DNA of 64,000 bases from Microthyrium microscopicum (taxonomy: Eukaryota): assembly GCA_010405405.1 (NCBI GenBank), contig MU004242.1:791769-855768 (forward strand). The letters run 5' to 3'. Below the pieces are notes generated by a model. That model did no database searches. It was given only the letters and a program-made list of their open reading frames with translations, and was not told where the DNA came from. Position 1 is the stretch's first letter, and each line of letters opens with the position of its first letter. A program made the translations under genes and the position numbers. Shown one piece after another: positions 38,229 to 50,667 of the stretch.

Positions 38229-40594
38229 ATGGCGGAAGTTCAGAGCCGACCTTTAAGATTAGTGGTCTACCTCTTGCTTTTGAGCACAGCGAATGGTCAG
38301 CAATGTAGGTGATAAAACGTGCCGCTTCATGATTGAGACAGTTTGACTCATGCGAGCTAGCAGGGAATAAAACCAGTAATGCAGACGTTGTGGAGCCGAG
38401 CCTGGAAGAGTCAGAACAATGCTATCAAAAGCACCTCGACTGGAAGAGTAGAGTTAGAGGATTGGAAACAGATCCCAGCATCACCACCACGCACTATTTT
38501 ACCACGCTGTATCAAACACTTAAGCCTGTCGGCAACGGCATATCATACTCCTGCCAAGATGGTATTCCCAGGTTTCAGCTCACCTCGACGCGGTCCCTTC
38601 AAACAAGCTCCTTTTCATTTATCAAGACCGAATACCGAGCTACCTATCTGCCATATGTGTCAGAAGAGCCTCCGACATGTTCGGTGAACTCCCAGCTCTG
38701 CTCGAAGATCTTGCGCTCGTATGAAGCAGACAGATTGCGCGCTCCGAATGAGTACCACCCTCTTCCTGGCTTTGGCTGGGACAGATTGGAAGGAGGAGTT
38801 CATGTCTTTCCACCAGGGTGTCCAGAGCCCTTGAAGTGCCATTTTATCAACCGAGGATACATCGGAAATAATGTCAGATTGCTATTTTGGCCTCCGGCAG
38901 AGTCATCAAAGGCTGTATGTGGCCTGCAACCGGAAATGGAACCAGTCAATAAGGAAAATGATCATGTGGCACCATCAATCACTAAGCCGAGAACCTTTAC
39001 AACTGATGCCATTACGTTTCCAGGCTGGGACAGCTGGTATATGACAGCAACAGAAACCATTCTTACAAATGGCCAACTTTTGTGGTCTGGCAGTTACTCT
39101 AATGACCTTGAGGCTGTACGCCAATATACCAGTTCTAGCATGCTATACGGAAATTTCACTTTCGTTGAGCCTAAGAAATCCCAGGTCCTGTATCTTGCTC
39201 ATCATCCGATATCTGTCGCTATAGGCAACCGGTATTGCGTTACGTCAACCGCAGCGGGCGTACAAAATATAACAACAATCTCCAGCCTCGCAGATGAGAC
39301 CGGCGATTGTATGACCTGGTCCCAATTACTACCTGCCGGGATACTGACTGTCGACGTGCGAGATGTTTATTCCCTACGACCCAAGATCAAACCAGAGGAA
39401 AGCGCAAGCTTTGCCTATCAAGTGGCCCAAGGGCAGTTTGGTGTTGATCGCTCTATGGAAATAGAGGAGGAAGTCGTACAGTTGAACATTGCCCATCTAC
39501 TTAATCCAGTGCCAGCCAGCGAATACTTCAATGCTCGACCGGACTGCTGGGGCCGCCAAACACATTGTGCCACCATAACTGCCGATACTCATGCACCTCG
39601 ACTATATATACATCCTCGAGTATGGCAGTCTCTCCTGCCCAAACGACTTGGACTTGTGTGTCCGGGACATCTTCTCGAAGACCCACCCCTGGAGCTACCG
39701 GGGGGCTATGCGACTGGTGATATACTTGATGCGCTCGCAGGTCTTAGTATACCAAGACCCATAGCCCAAATCAATCATGGAACGACAAATAATCAAAGTC
39801 CTGGAATGACGATGGGAGAGGATCTATCTGGTTCTGGCCCGGAGTTCGCGATGGGAGCTCAGGCAGATCCAGTACTGCCAACGGCTATCTTTCCATACCA
39901 TGTACCGACTGGAACAGCAACTCCTGGAATCGTTGCTTATGCACCAGGGCCTGCGCCTACAACACAGCCTAAGGGAATTCATAACAATCCTTCGCCAGCA
40001 CAAGCTGTCAAAGATCTGGAAGAATCTCTAAAGCTATCGAAGCAAACACTTTCCACAATTACCTCTTATGCCACCGGTGACAGTGCTCCAACTAATGATA
40101 TTGACAGGGTTTCTTTGAATAGGCAGATTACACAGCTAAATGGTAGGATTGAGAGCGTGATCGTAACAAAAGATCCAAGCCATCCAGTCTTTAACTTGGG
40201 AATCATTCATGAGCTACAATCAAGGCTTGGACGATTCAACAATGACCTTGAGAATATATTGGAAAAGGGCCAACAAAGCGGGACCGACGAGGATGACTCC
40301 TTGAGGAATCTGAGAGATAAGGTCGGCCAATTGAACGAAGACGTTGAAACCATCATTCACTCTGGGGGCACTACTGGTGATAAGGGAGGGTTTGCAGGGC
40401 CATACCCCGCTAGAGAAGGAAAGAGCGCAGCGTCGCTTGTTGATTCGGACAATATGAAGACGAAGTATGCTGAATGGTCTTCAGGGGCTGCTAGGACTCT
40501 TTCGACGACAAAGCAGAGCACTGCAAACCGGGTTCAACCTTTCCTTGGTCCGCTGATAGGAACTGGGTTTATAGCGGGTTGGTTTTGGCTTTAA
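38229..40594 (+). CDS. Large secreted Cys-containing cell-surface protein, possibly GPI-anchored
   Basis: Signal-peptide exon MAEVQSRPLRLVVYLLLLSTANG, intron 38305-38360. Motifs CQDGIPR, VRLLFWP, LNPVPASEY, CATI and DPPLEL, a coiled-coil-like region and a hydrophobic C-terminus. Confidence 0.75.
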
Positions 40595-40872
40595 AATCTT
40601 GTGCTATCATTTGAGCGATCACCAACGCCTAGATGATATCCAATAATAAGTAATGGCCCAGATACAATAATATAGTTGTGGCGCCTGACATGCATTTCTG
40701 AACTTCGGGTTTTCTTGTTGTTGTCCTCTTCGACCAAGAAAAGAACATGTAGTTTTTTCAAGACGCATTGGCTCTGATCCTAGCCTCATTCAAACAAATT
40801 CCAGCGGCGGCGGTCGAGTATGGATATTTTAGAGGTACAGGCCAACCTTCAGGTGGGTAATGGGCGTACGGA

Positions 40873-42580
40873 TTAATCTGAGAGCAGATCGATATCTCCT
40901 CCTGGATATTCTTTCCTTGGCGTAATTTCTATTATCAAGTTTGGCTTCTCCCATGTGTTGAACGATTTGTGCTTGATCCAATCCTTCATATCAGGACCAA
41001 GCTTCATATCAAATGCGAATATGAGATTGGAGAAAATGAGCCGCATCTCGTGGAATGCCAACCTAAAGATACGTTAAATTACCGTGTCAATGAAGACATC
41101 AGAATCTTTTACTCACTTTTTGCCTATACAGTTCCGAGGACCAAAACTAAACGGCTGGAACACTGCTTTATTGTCCTCTTCAAAGCCAGTCGCCGTTTTG
41201 AGCCACCTTTCCGGTATGAACTCGTCAGGCTGCTTGAAGTTGGATTTGCTGTGATAGGCGGAGTAATGAGTAACATATACAGTCGTCTAGTCGTTTTAGC
41301 ACAGATGATGGTAAGACTAACTTTGATACTTACATTCTCAGGAACATAATCATCGCCAATCATGGCACCTCCTCGCGGCGGGTTCCGAGGCATCCCATTG
41401 TTTAATGGTGGATAGCATCTCAATGCTTCCCAAATACACGCATCCAAATACTCCAATCCGTCCAGTTTCTCTAGACATATGTCTTTCTTTGTAGGAAACG
41501 CACTAAGAATCTCAGCCTCCAGTCTGTCCATCTTTTCCGGATTTCGAAGAAGCAGGTAAGTCAATCCACTGAGTAGGGAAGCTGAAGTTTCGGTGCCAGC
41601 AATCATGAAGCTCGATGAGTTGGAGTACATTTCATCGAGACTTAGACCCCGATCAACATCTTGCTCAGAATTCTGGAATCTCAGCACGTATGTCCATATA
41701 TCGGGTCTTTCTGTCTTCATTTTCATCCTTCTATCCACTCGATCGACAGCATGCTGCATGTGTGCTTTTCGCTTCTCTTGTATCGATTTTGGCATAAGTG
41801 TCGGAACGATCTCTTTCAAGAAAGGTATTTGCATGAGAACTTCGTTGATAGTCAACATTCGAAATAAAGCGAAAAGTGATGTCACCCAGGTGGTATAATC
41901 ACTATTCTCCAGCAGACCCAGGGATTCAGCAAAGGTGAGGTCGGCCATGATATCAAAAGTCGTGAAGTTAAGCCATCTGACCAGATTCACTATAGTAGTC
42001 CCCTTGTCGCTTGATTTTGCCAGGCCGGATAACTTCCTGACCAAGAGATCGACATACTGCCGGAGGAGCGGTTCCTGTTCTCTCAAACTCTTATCCGAGA
42101 AAGCAGCAGAGCACAATCGACGTTGCCTCGCATGACTCAAATCATCAGCCCTCAAAAGACCACCAGTCTCTGAGCCTTTGGCGAAAAAGTCCTTGCCATA
42201 GAAAGGTGAGTATTTCTGAAACATGACTTTCCTGTACCCATAAATCTCTTTCCAAGCTTCTGCATTGATGTAGCTTATTTCGTTCGGTGCAACCCGAACT
42301 TTAGGTCCGTATCGTTCATGCTGGGCATGTACCCAATATACACTTGAACCCCTTATCTTGTGCCAGAAGAGCGGTATTGGTGTCATCGAAGTCCATATAG
42401 ATCCTGGGATTTTCCTTAGTGGGTGGAGAAAAACATTATAGAAGCACAAGTATAAAAGGTAGAATAGCTGCTGAATATCAGCTCAGTGTCATGAGATTTT
42501 CCTGCCTTATTTACCGGTGATAGGACTGCGATTATGAAACCCATAAGCAGAGAGCTTGATTCCGGAGTGATATTTGTCAT
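40873..42580 (-). CDS. Cytochrome P450 (CYP65/Tri11-like), multi-exon
   Basis: HPLRKIPG, YGPKVRVAPNE, AGTET, EALR and PERW. The heme motif FSFGPRNCIG is recovered after splicing. Confidence 0.93.
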
Positions 42581-43157
42581 GTTTGAATGGGGCCAATTAG
42601 CTCGATGGCGCACTCCTTATGGGTACCTAGGTAGCTAAAGGCTGTCCTCAACCTCAGCGCTGGATTGATAGAATCTTATGATGTTAGAGTGTACCACTGC
42701 GACGCGCAGACGACACAAGGGCCGTTGAAGCTGACAAGGAGCACTCTATCTGCGGGGCCGAGAAGAGCGATGGGCCGAATAAAAAATATCAAGGAAAGAA
42801 CGCTCGCTGCAGCCTGCGGCGATCCTTCGTGCATCCTCGTACAATGATTTCTGAACTTTACTGTCACACTGCTAAATTTGGAAGCTTTAGCTACCTACGT
42901 CTTCGTGGACAAAATAGGTGAGCCGTTTCGACAAATACTCCTATCGATTGCGATGGCTGCCATAACACTTCTTAGAGAATGATTGCTCTAATTCCCACCA
43001 GCGTCGTAAAATTTATCTCAACTTATCAAATAGGACGGTAATCAAAGCAGTCACTCCTTATGCTTGTCCACGAAGACTCATCTACCTTGCCGCAGGTCGA
43101 TTACCCGGGGACGCGTAGAGAGCACTATTGCGGAACCTCCTGAGGAACAGGTCGTCA

Positions 43158-43941
43158 CTACCACCATGAGATGGTAGGTGTGTAATCCATATCGCGATAT
43201 ACTTCGGCGTAAAAACGCCTCTGCCAATCTGGATTGACTATAGATATGTTAGACTATATAGGTACTCGCCAGAGATACATAAATAGCGCAACGCCTGTGG
43301 TTGCCTCTTCATTTTCCACGAGTGGGAACATGGGAAGCAGAACGAGAAGGATAACTTACTCCACATATTTTCGACATGAATCACCATATCATGATCCCAT
43401 TTCTTCTCCTTATAAAAGGCCTCGATGATTCCAATAGAGCCTTCAAGCAGTCAGTACACGGAAATGGGGGTTTGTCTGTGCTACTTACCAGCGAAGTTAG
43501 GCCCGCATCTTTCAATTAAAAGCTTCAAAGCTCGAGCAACCACTTGACATTCAAATACAAGTTGATCTCCTGGAAACCTTCGGTACTCTTTATATGCCTC
43601 AAATTTGACCTTTTCCGTATCGTTGTAATGTCCGTCGTCAGAGTTCCAGTGGAGACAACCTGAGATGTGGACGTGCCCACGCTTTTCAAGATGATAACAG
43701 GCATCTGTGCCAACCACACAAGGTGTTCTCCCTTTATCTTCTGGTGCAAGTTAGTTTACGTATAATAAAGTGAGAGCGTACGCCAATAAGGACATATAGG
43801 GGTCTTACCGAGGGCTTTCACGGCAATCAGGAGATCATCCTTCCACTCACCAGTTCGGAAATCTTTATGGCAGCGTATGTTATATGCCTTGGTATAACCT
43901 ATCCAGATCAATCCAACAGAAAACCAAGTTATGAGCTTCAT
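43158..43941 (-). CDS. Small secreted hypothetical protein; 4 exons, 7 Cys
   Basis: Signal MKLITWFSVGLIWIGYTKA. Three canonical introns give a continuous frame ending ...YRDMDYTPTISWW*. Confidence 0.6.
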
Positions 43942-44960
43942 TTTTCTCGTCGATTGCCAATCAGTGGGAGAGTAGGTAGATTTGATGAATAGTTGACAAC
44001 TGGGGAAATGGTCGGATAACGTAGAGGCCAACTTGGCAAGATCATTCGTTACAACTTATATACGACCCAGTATGACTAGGAATCGCCGCGGTAGAAGTTG
44101 TGGTGAGCAATTCTCTACCGTGGTTGTACTGGGGATGTCGTCCCATCATATAGTTTTCGTGTAGCAAAGGTGCCTACGCACAGAAAGAACTTCGAGGTTC
44201 ACTTGGAAACAAACTTAGGGTAGAACCCGACTATTTTATCATTGATATCGTTCCTTCAGAGCGGGTTCTTTCCTTTGGCCACGGAAGATTCTGCCTCCCA
44301 ACCCGAAAGACTCCTGTCTCTGTCCTAACAGAGACCAAAACTGTGCTTTTTGCACAATTTGGAATGTGTGTGCTCGCTCAAGTGGGTTTCATTATTGTAC
44401 CAAAGAGTTACAAGACAACGTGTACTAACGTTCTTTCCTGGTAAACTAGGTACCTAGCTTGCTCCCGAAGTAGTTCAACCACAGCTGACCTGGCTAAACA
44501 ATCTTCGATATCGAACTACCACAACCAACCAAATACCAGGCGAGCACTGATAGTTGCGAAGCCAAACACCCTTAAAGGGACTCAATCTAGAGCCTCCTCT
44601 GTAAGATTTGCGAAATAGTTATAGCCATTCCTAAAAGTTAGATAAACAGACCTTGCTCCATGAGCAAAGCATATCACGTAAAAACTCACAAAAACGCAAC
44701 ATCAAAGATGACAACCGAAATATATTAACAGCATTATCTAAAACAATTGATCATACATAACCGAAATATATCGTTGCCTTTCGCTTTCATCATCATGATG
44801 GGGGTAGTTGAATACAACACAAAAAAAGCCGCCTTGCAAAATGCATCAACAAATTTTTAACAACTTCCCAACCAACCGCCCATCTCTTCGGTGCTAGTCC
44901 ATAATCATATATAGACCTGCCTTGACACCCTCCAAAACCACCACAGCGGGCCCCTTGCGT

Positions 44961-45898
44961 TTAATTCTTCTCACTCCAAGACCGATTGTCAGTGATACCC
45001 TGACAATGTACCTCCTCGACGACCATATACGTCGCACACAATGCCGCGCCAGCAGCACACGCCGCGATGGAGACCCATGTGGTTAGGGGGCTAAAAGACG
45101 AATGTGTGGCGTGGATGCTGAGGAGGGCGGCGAGGAGGGTGAATATGGTGGCGGAGAGGTAGCCTTTTAGATAGTGTCGGGGGCATTTATCTGTGCCGAT
45201 AAGGGATTTGTTCATGCGCATTGCTAAGACACATGGATTAGTGAACGAGTACTTGGGAAACGGGAGTACAGGAAGACAATGTGACAGTACTGGAAAACAG
45301 GTAGGTGGAACATCGGGAAGAAGCCGGTGTGAAGAGGCTTGAAAAAGGGCCGAATGAGAGGACCGAATGAGTAGAGTCGATATCGGAAAGTTAAACGAGA
45401 CTGGATGCGTGATTGGATACATGGGGTACGTACCATCAGAACATAGCGAGACAAATCCTACTGCTCCCACAAGACTTAGGACGATTGGTAGATTCAGAGT
45501 GCCGAGCGTGCTGGGTGATAGGCCCAGTTGGGCGGCGAAGATTGCATATCCTATGGGATGTCAGCCTTGTCTTGGAAAGAGTTGGTGGGAGGTGTGTCGC
45601 ACGACATGAACACGGCAGGAATGGTGTCTTGTCACGCCCCTCAATCCTGCTGCGAACTGATGCAGGATGGAAAGTGCCTGGCAATGGGAAGCGTGGACAT
45701 GTGGGAGGGAAAGAGGGAAGGGGAAAGGAAGAGATTTCATGTATACATACCAAAGAGTGACCATGTAGCTCCTATACCAACAGCTTGACATATCCGCCAG
45801 GCCAATGGGTATTTCTCGAAATTGATAAGTATTTGTGATGATTCGTCGAATGGAATCAGTGATTTCCGCGGTAAGAAAAAGTCGACAATGAAATCCAT
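44961..45898 (-). CDS. Small four-TM membrane protein (~175 aa); 3 exons
   Basis: MDFIVDFFLPRK...AVGIGATWSLF|GYAIFAAQLG..VLSLVGAVGFVSLCSD|AMRMNK..., with introns at about 45552-45750 and 45224-45433. Four hydrophobic segments. Confidence 0.65.
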
Positions 45899-47790
45899 CT
45901 TTGCCTAATAGCTATAGTTGTATAAGAGGAGAGAATAATGTAATGTGTGGTAGTTATGCAAGCAAACAAAACCGTTTATTGTCGAAGTATCAAGGAATTT
46001 CAAAATGCGTTTCTTCTGCCACTTCCTTCTTCTCCTCTTGGGCACTGGACAGCATTTATAACGATGGGCATTGGACGTGCTTGCTGCTCGGTTGCAGCGA
46101 CGCTTGACCTTCTTCCAGACCCAACCATAGTGCGGTGCGGTTGCAAGAGAAGAAAAAATTCTTTCGCCTGTGCTTTTTCATGCCTGAAGTCGAGTCTCAG
46201 CAGTCAAAGCAGATGTGCGGTTGCACGTTTGTGGTTGTTATTCAGGCGCAAGCTGAGTCTAATGCATGGCATGCTCCACTAAGATTTGGCAATGTGCATA
46301 ATCATGTTGTCCAACTCAGATGGCGGAATTGACAGTTGCTTCACGCGTACGAACATTGTCTTCCAGCAATGGCACATAGCCGCGAAGCGACGGATTTGGG
46401 ATTTCTATTGGAGCGGATAAACAGACAAACGAGAACGCTGGATCATACGTGGCGTTGGAAAAAGTGGTTGAGTTTCTAGGTTAACATAAATTGCAGCTGG
46501 AAGCGAAGTTTTGCAGAGAGAGGAAACTTTTCACATCACGCTTAAGCAGCGCAACTGCGCTTCTTTCCGTGGTAGATTTGGTCGTATAATGGATGATCTT
46601 CTTTGCATCGTGGGGTTGGAAGTTTGGTTGCTTGGAGCAGTTGAAGTGAGGCAACAAGTAAGCCACTTTCTAGACCAATACGCCATAATTGCAAGATGTG
46701 GTAAGACGATCAATGGTCGCTCAGGGGAAGAAAAGGATTGAATGGTGAATCTCGAATTTTGATTTGCTGGTGAAGGAAACGAAGCGACGATATGTCGTGT
46801 AACACACAAAAAAGCCATCTTGAGTTTCTCTAGTAGTAACATATCACGACTAAGACAGGTCATTCGCCTCAATAAGCATATCCAATTATCCACCCCGGGG
46901 TCATCGCGTCAAAGGTTAGTTCTACAATCTCCACAAATGAAGCTTGCTGGAATGGGTATATTGTGCTTTGGCTAATTCGGGGATACTTCCCGCTGCAATG
47001 CACATTGACGTTGGAGGGTGAAGAAACGGTGCGCTGGTAACGATCCCGCCGCTCCCCGAAGAAACCAGCAAATGCGAAGGAGTCAACGAGAAGAAGCCAA
47101 CAAATGCGAGGCAGAGGTGCAGTTTGCATGACGATTGGTCGCTCTAGCCTTGTTCTCTCCTTCAATGAAGCAATGGCTGGTCTTGACTGGGAGTAAGAAG
47201 GATTTCAAGTACCTAGGCTTGCTTGTGGGTGGGAAGTATGACTTTTGTTACTTAAGGTCTAAGGAAATGCATCAAATGTCAGGCGTCCAAGATCCAGTTG
47301 GACGTTTGAAAGTACTAGTAGCCTTGTAGGCGATTGGATCTCGCAGTGCTTGCGGCGGATACTGCATAAAGGTTTAGCCAACGTCTTCTTACATAAAGAA
47401 TCAGGTGTCCAAGATGGTACAGTCGGATACTAACAAGTTGACAAATAGGCGATTCAAATTTATAATGTTTATGGCATTCGATACTGCAAGAAAAGCTTAG
47501 CGAAGTGCGCTTTCATTAAAACTTTCATAGTATTCAATACCTTCTCGGCCAAAAAATGCAGAACAAATGAAACAAAATCCAGAAGCGTACAACAAGCTTC
47601 TCATAGCCGAAATTTCAGCCCGATGTGTTGTGCCATAGCTCATCTTGCCAGCGAAGCGCGCAAAGCCAGCAACAGAAGTAGAATCGAAGAAAGGAAACCG
47701 CACAATAGAATATCAACCGGGTATGCCAAAAACTCCATCCAGTCCACTGAAATCCAAAAGAAAGACCATCCGTTGCCACTTTTCATCCAA

Positions 47791-50006
47791 TCAGAAAGCT
47801 GGCCGTCCACTATCCCACTTATCAAAAGTCTTTGGACTCCCATTCGAACGTCGCAACTCCGACATGGGTGGACTACTATCAGTTTGTGGTTGAGCTGGTA
47901 GACTCCATCTTGCACTGGATCTCCTAGACCCATCCTCTCCATTTTCAATGGCACGAATCGGTCCGATCCACTTCCAGCCTCTTCCCACATCACCCGTGTC
48001 TAGCGCACCGGTCTTGGCGCGGACATTAGTATTTTGCTCGACGAGTTTTTCGACATGTTTCCATAACTTCTTGCGCCGAGACGCGCTGAACTCATGGCGA
48101 AGGACGTCGTCGCGTAGTTGATGGACGGAGAGATAGCCATCATAGCCTTGGGGGTCGTGAATGACGGCCGCGGCGTGCTCGGCGAGAGATTGGAAGACAT
48201 CGGATGCTAGAGTCTTTGCTTCGGCTTGCGTAGCTCGTGAGTCACGCAGCTGTCGGGCGGGTAGGATAGTGAAGAGGAGTGCGAGAATGGCGATTACAAG
48301 TTTCCGAGAATGTTGTTCCAAACTGCGTCGGAAGGATCGGCGGATGGCGCAGGAGAGGCTGATTTTTGCGAGAGAGGTGCTGTGGTAGCTGCGTTTGCGG
48401 GTGCTTCTGTAGGGGAGAAAGGGTGTCTGTTAGTTTGAGGCATTTACATCAGTATGATATGTCAAGCACATGCTACGAGATGCATGGCGCAAGGGAGTAG
48501 AGAACTTGGAATATAAACTTACTGGTCATCAGTTATGACGATTTCATCACGTCCTGCTAGGTCTTCGAGTGCTTGTGAGAACAAGATTTCAGCCTCCTCT
48601 GGGCTTACGTGTTTGCGAAAGCTGGAGAGGACTTCTTTTTTGAGCTCGGCTTCTTCAATCTTGGGTGACTTTGAGGTGCCGCACTCTGCGTCTGCGGAAG
48701 CTTTCCTAAGCTTTTCCACTGCAAAGTCGGCTACTGCTTTGATTCTTTTTGCTTTTGCGCTATCCGGTGCGCAAGTTGGTGGTAATGGAAGTAGACCGCC
48801 AAGTGAGAGTGGATGATTCTGAAGGACAAAGTCTTTCTCACACTCAGTTTTCAGATTCTGATAACAGCTAGCGTGAAGCGGACACTTTTCGCACTCGGGA
48901 CGTAAGCCATCTGCCCAAGGTGGAATTTCAACACCTGCGATGTTACCGGATGGTTCCCCTACACCGCAATATCCAACTTTGAACTTTTCTTCTCGATATA
49001 ACTGCCCAAAGCACGCTGAAACTACTAGAAGGAATGCGATGATGAATTGGCCAAGAGGTGCAAGATTCGCAGGTTGTCGACGTCGAACTGGAACTACAGC
49101 AGTTGGCCTATCTTTGCGATCATGCGCGAGAGCATGTTGTTCCTCTGGAGTAAACTCTTCTGTGACATCCATATCGTCTTCTGGGTCGTAGGAATTATTC
49201 AGGGGCAGGTCAACAACGGTATTATTAGTGACAGTAGTAGACGCATTATCGGTTTTTCTGCGTCCAACGGATTTGCGGCGTCTCGGAGCTTCCTCTGATG
49301 GGCCATCAGTCCGTCGTCTTCGTGATGATGACTCTGCTGGTGGCGAGCTCCCGCTCTGGAATGGATTGTCGGCTGAAAAGGGACTGTCATTGCCAAATTG
49401 TCGCCATGTCGCAGGATCCGACTCTTCTTTCTTGATTCCTGGAGTGGCTGTCGCACGGCGTGTATCTTGTACAGGACGCGATCTCGACCGCTCTTTAGAT
49501 GGTTCGACGCTCTTTCTTGTTGGCGCAGGAGTTTTGCGTCTTATGGTGGTAGGGGCGACTATCGTGTCATCGTTGTCTTCTTGAATTGGATCTCTGCTCT
49601 TTTTTGGAGCGGGAGTTCTACGTCGCGAAGTAGATGGGCGGGTAGCGCTTGATTCCGCTTGATCATCGGTGGAGGGTTTGGTCGACTTCTTTGGGCGTCC
49701 TCTTTTCTTGGGAGCTGGCTCTGGCTCCGGCTCATCATCATCGTCTTGGGTGCTTGCTATGCTGCTGGTCGCATCTTCGATACCAGTGCTAGATCTTTGG
49801 ATTTTGCGATGAGCGGCGAGAATCTTACGGGCCTTGGGTTTGAGGTCGGAGTTGAAAAGGGCGACGAGATCAGCCTTCTTCGCATTGGACGGGTATTTGA
49901 TGTCATGTGTTAGGAGGATATTGCGCAGACGAGGGACGACTAGCGTAGATGGGTCAAAGTTTGGTTGGAGATATGCCAACTCATCATCGGCGGAGAGGCT
50001 AGCCAT
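47791..50006 (-). CDS. SRC1: Inner nuclear membrane LEM/HeH and Man1-Src1 C-terminal protein
   Basis: HeH domain YLQPNFDPSTLVVPRLRNILLTHDIKYPSNAKKADLV, GYCG, CEKCPLHASC, PTCAPD, and MSC domain QLRDDVL..LWKHVEKLVEQNTNVR..WKWIG. Intron 48407-48522. Confidence 0.93.
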
Positions 50007-50667
50007 GATTTAAAGTCGAGGGTAGGGTGTAGGGATGAGGGATTGAGGAAACGGGAGGATAGAGGCAAAGTGGTAGAGATACTCAGATACTCACTGACGG
50101 GTGATGTAAACATTCAAGAGTTGAAGTGTTTTGGGTCCGAGCTTCAACTCTAGCTGTATCTGGTCTGGCGTTGCTTGTCTGGCCATGATTCTTATCCGCC
50201 ATCCGCCATCCGTCTTCCGCGCGTCTAGCGGGCCGCTTTCTGCCTTGGTTCGCCACACTCTGAAGCCTTGATGCCTTGATCCCAGCATCGCGTTCAATGT
50301 TCAACATTTGAACAGTTGAAGATTGAATCTCTACCGTATTTCCAGTAACCGCACCATAAATTATACACCATACAGCTTCATGGCCTACCAAACTATTTTC
50401 GTCGCCTCTGGGGATCACATCGATTGCCAATGATGCTTTGGTGCTGAATGCTGATGGCTTCGTCTAACTTGTAGTACTTTCAACGTCGCCAAATTTTTAA
50501 GAGGACCTACGGTAGGTATCCATCGATCAGGGTGAGTATACCTAGACTACTCCCAATCTCTACTAAGCCTGCTTGTAGAACCTCAAAGTCCCTCGAAATC
50601 CTTCCAGTACATAGCCTGATCTTTGCGCTGCCCCAAAGATGCTTCTCGATTGTATGCTGCCCGCAAA

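Noticed and set aside
40873..42580. Secondary-metabolite cluster around the P450
   Set aside because: No PKS, NRPS, terpene synthase or other tailoring genes nearby in the window.
45900..47700. Multiple short ORFs between the tetraspan gene and SRC1
   Set aside because: No motifs or consistent splice model; they appear to be intergenic or UTR noise.
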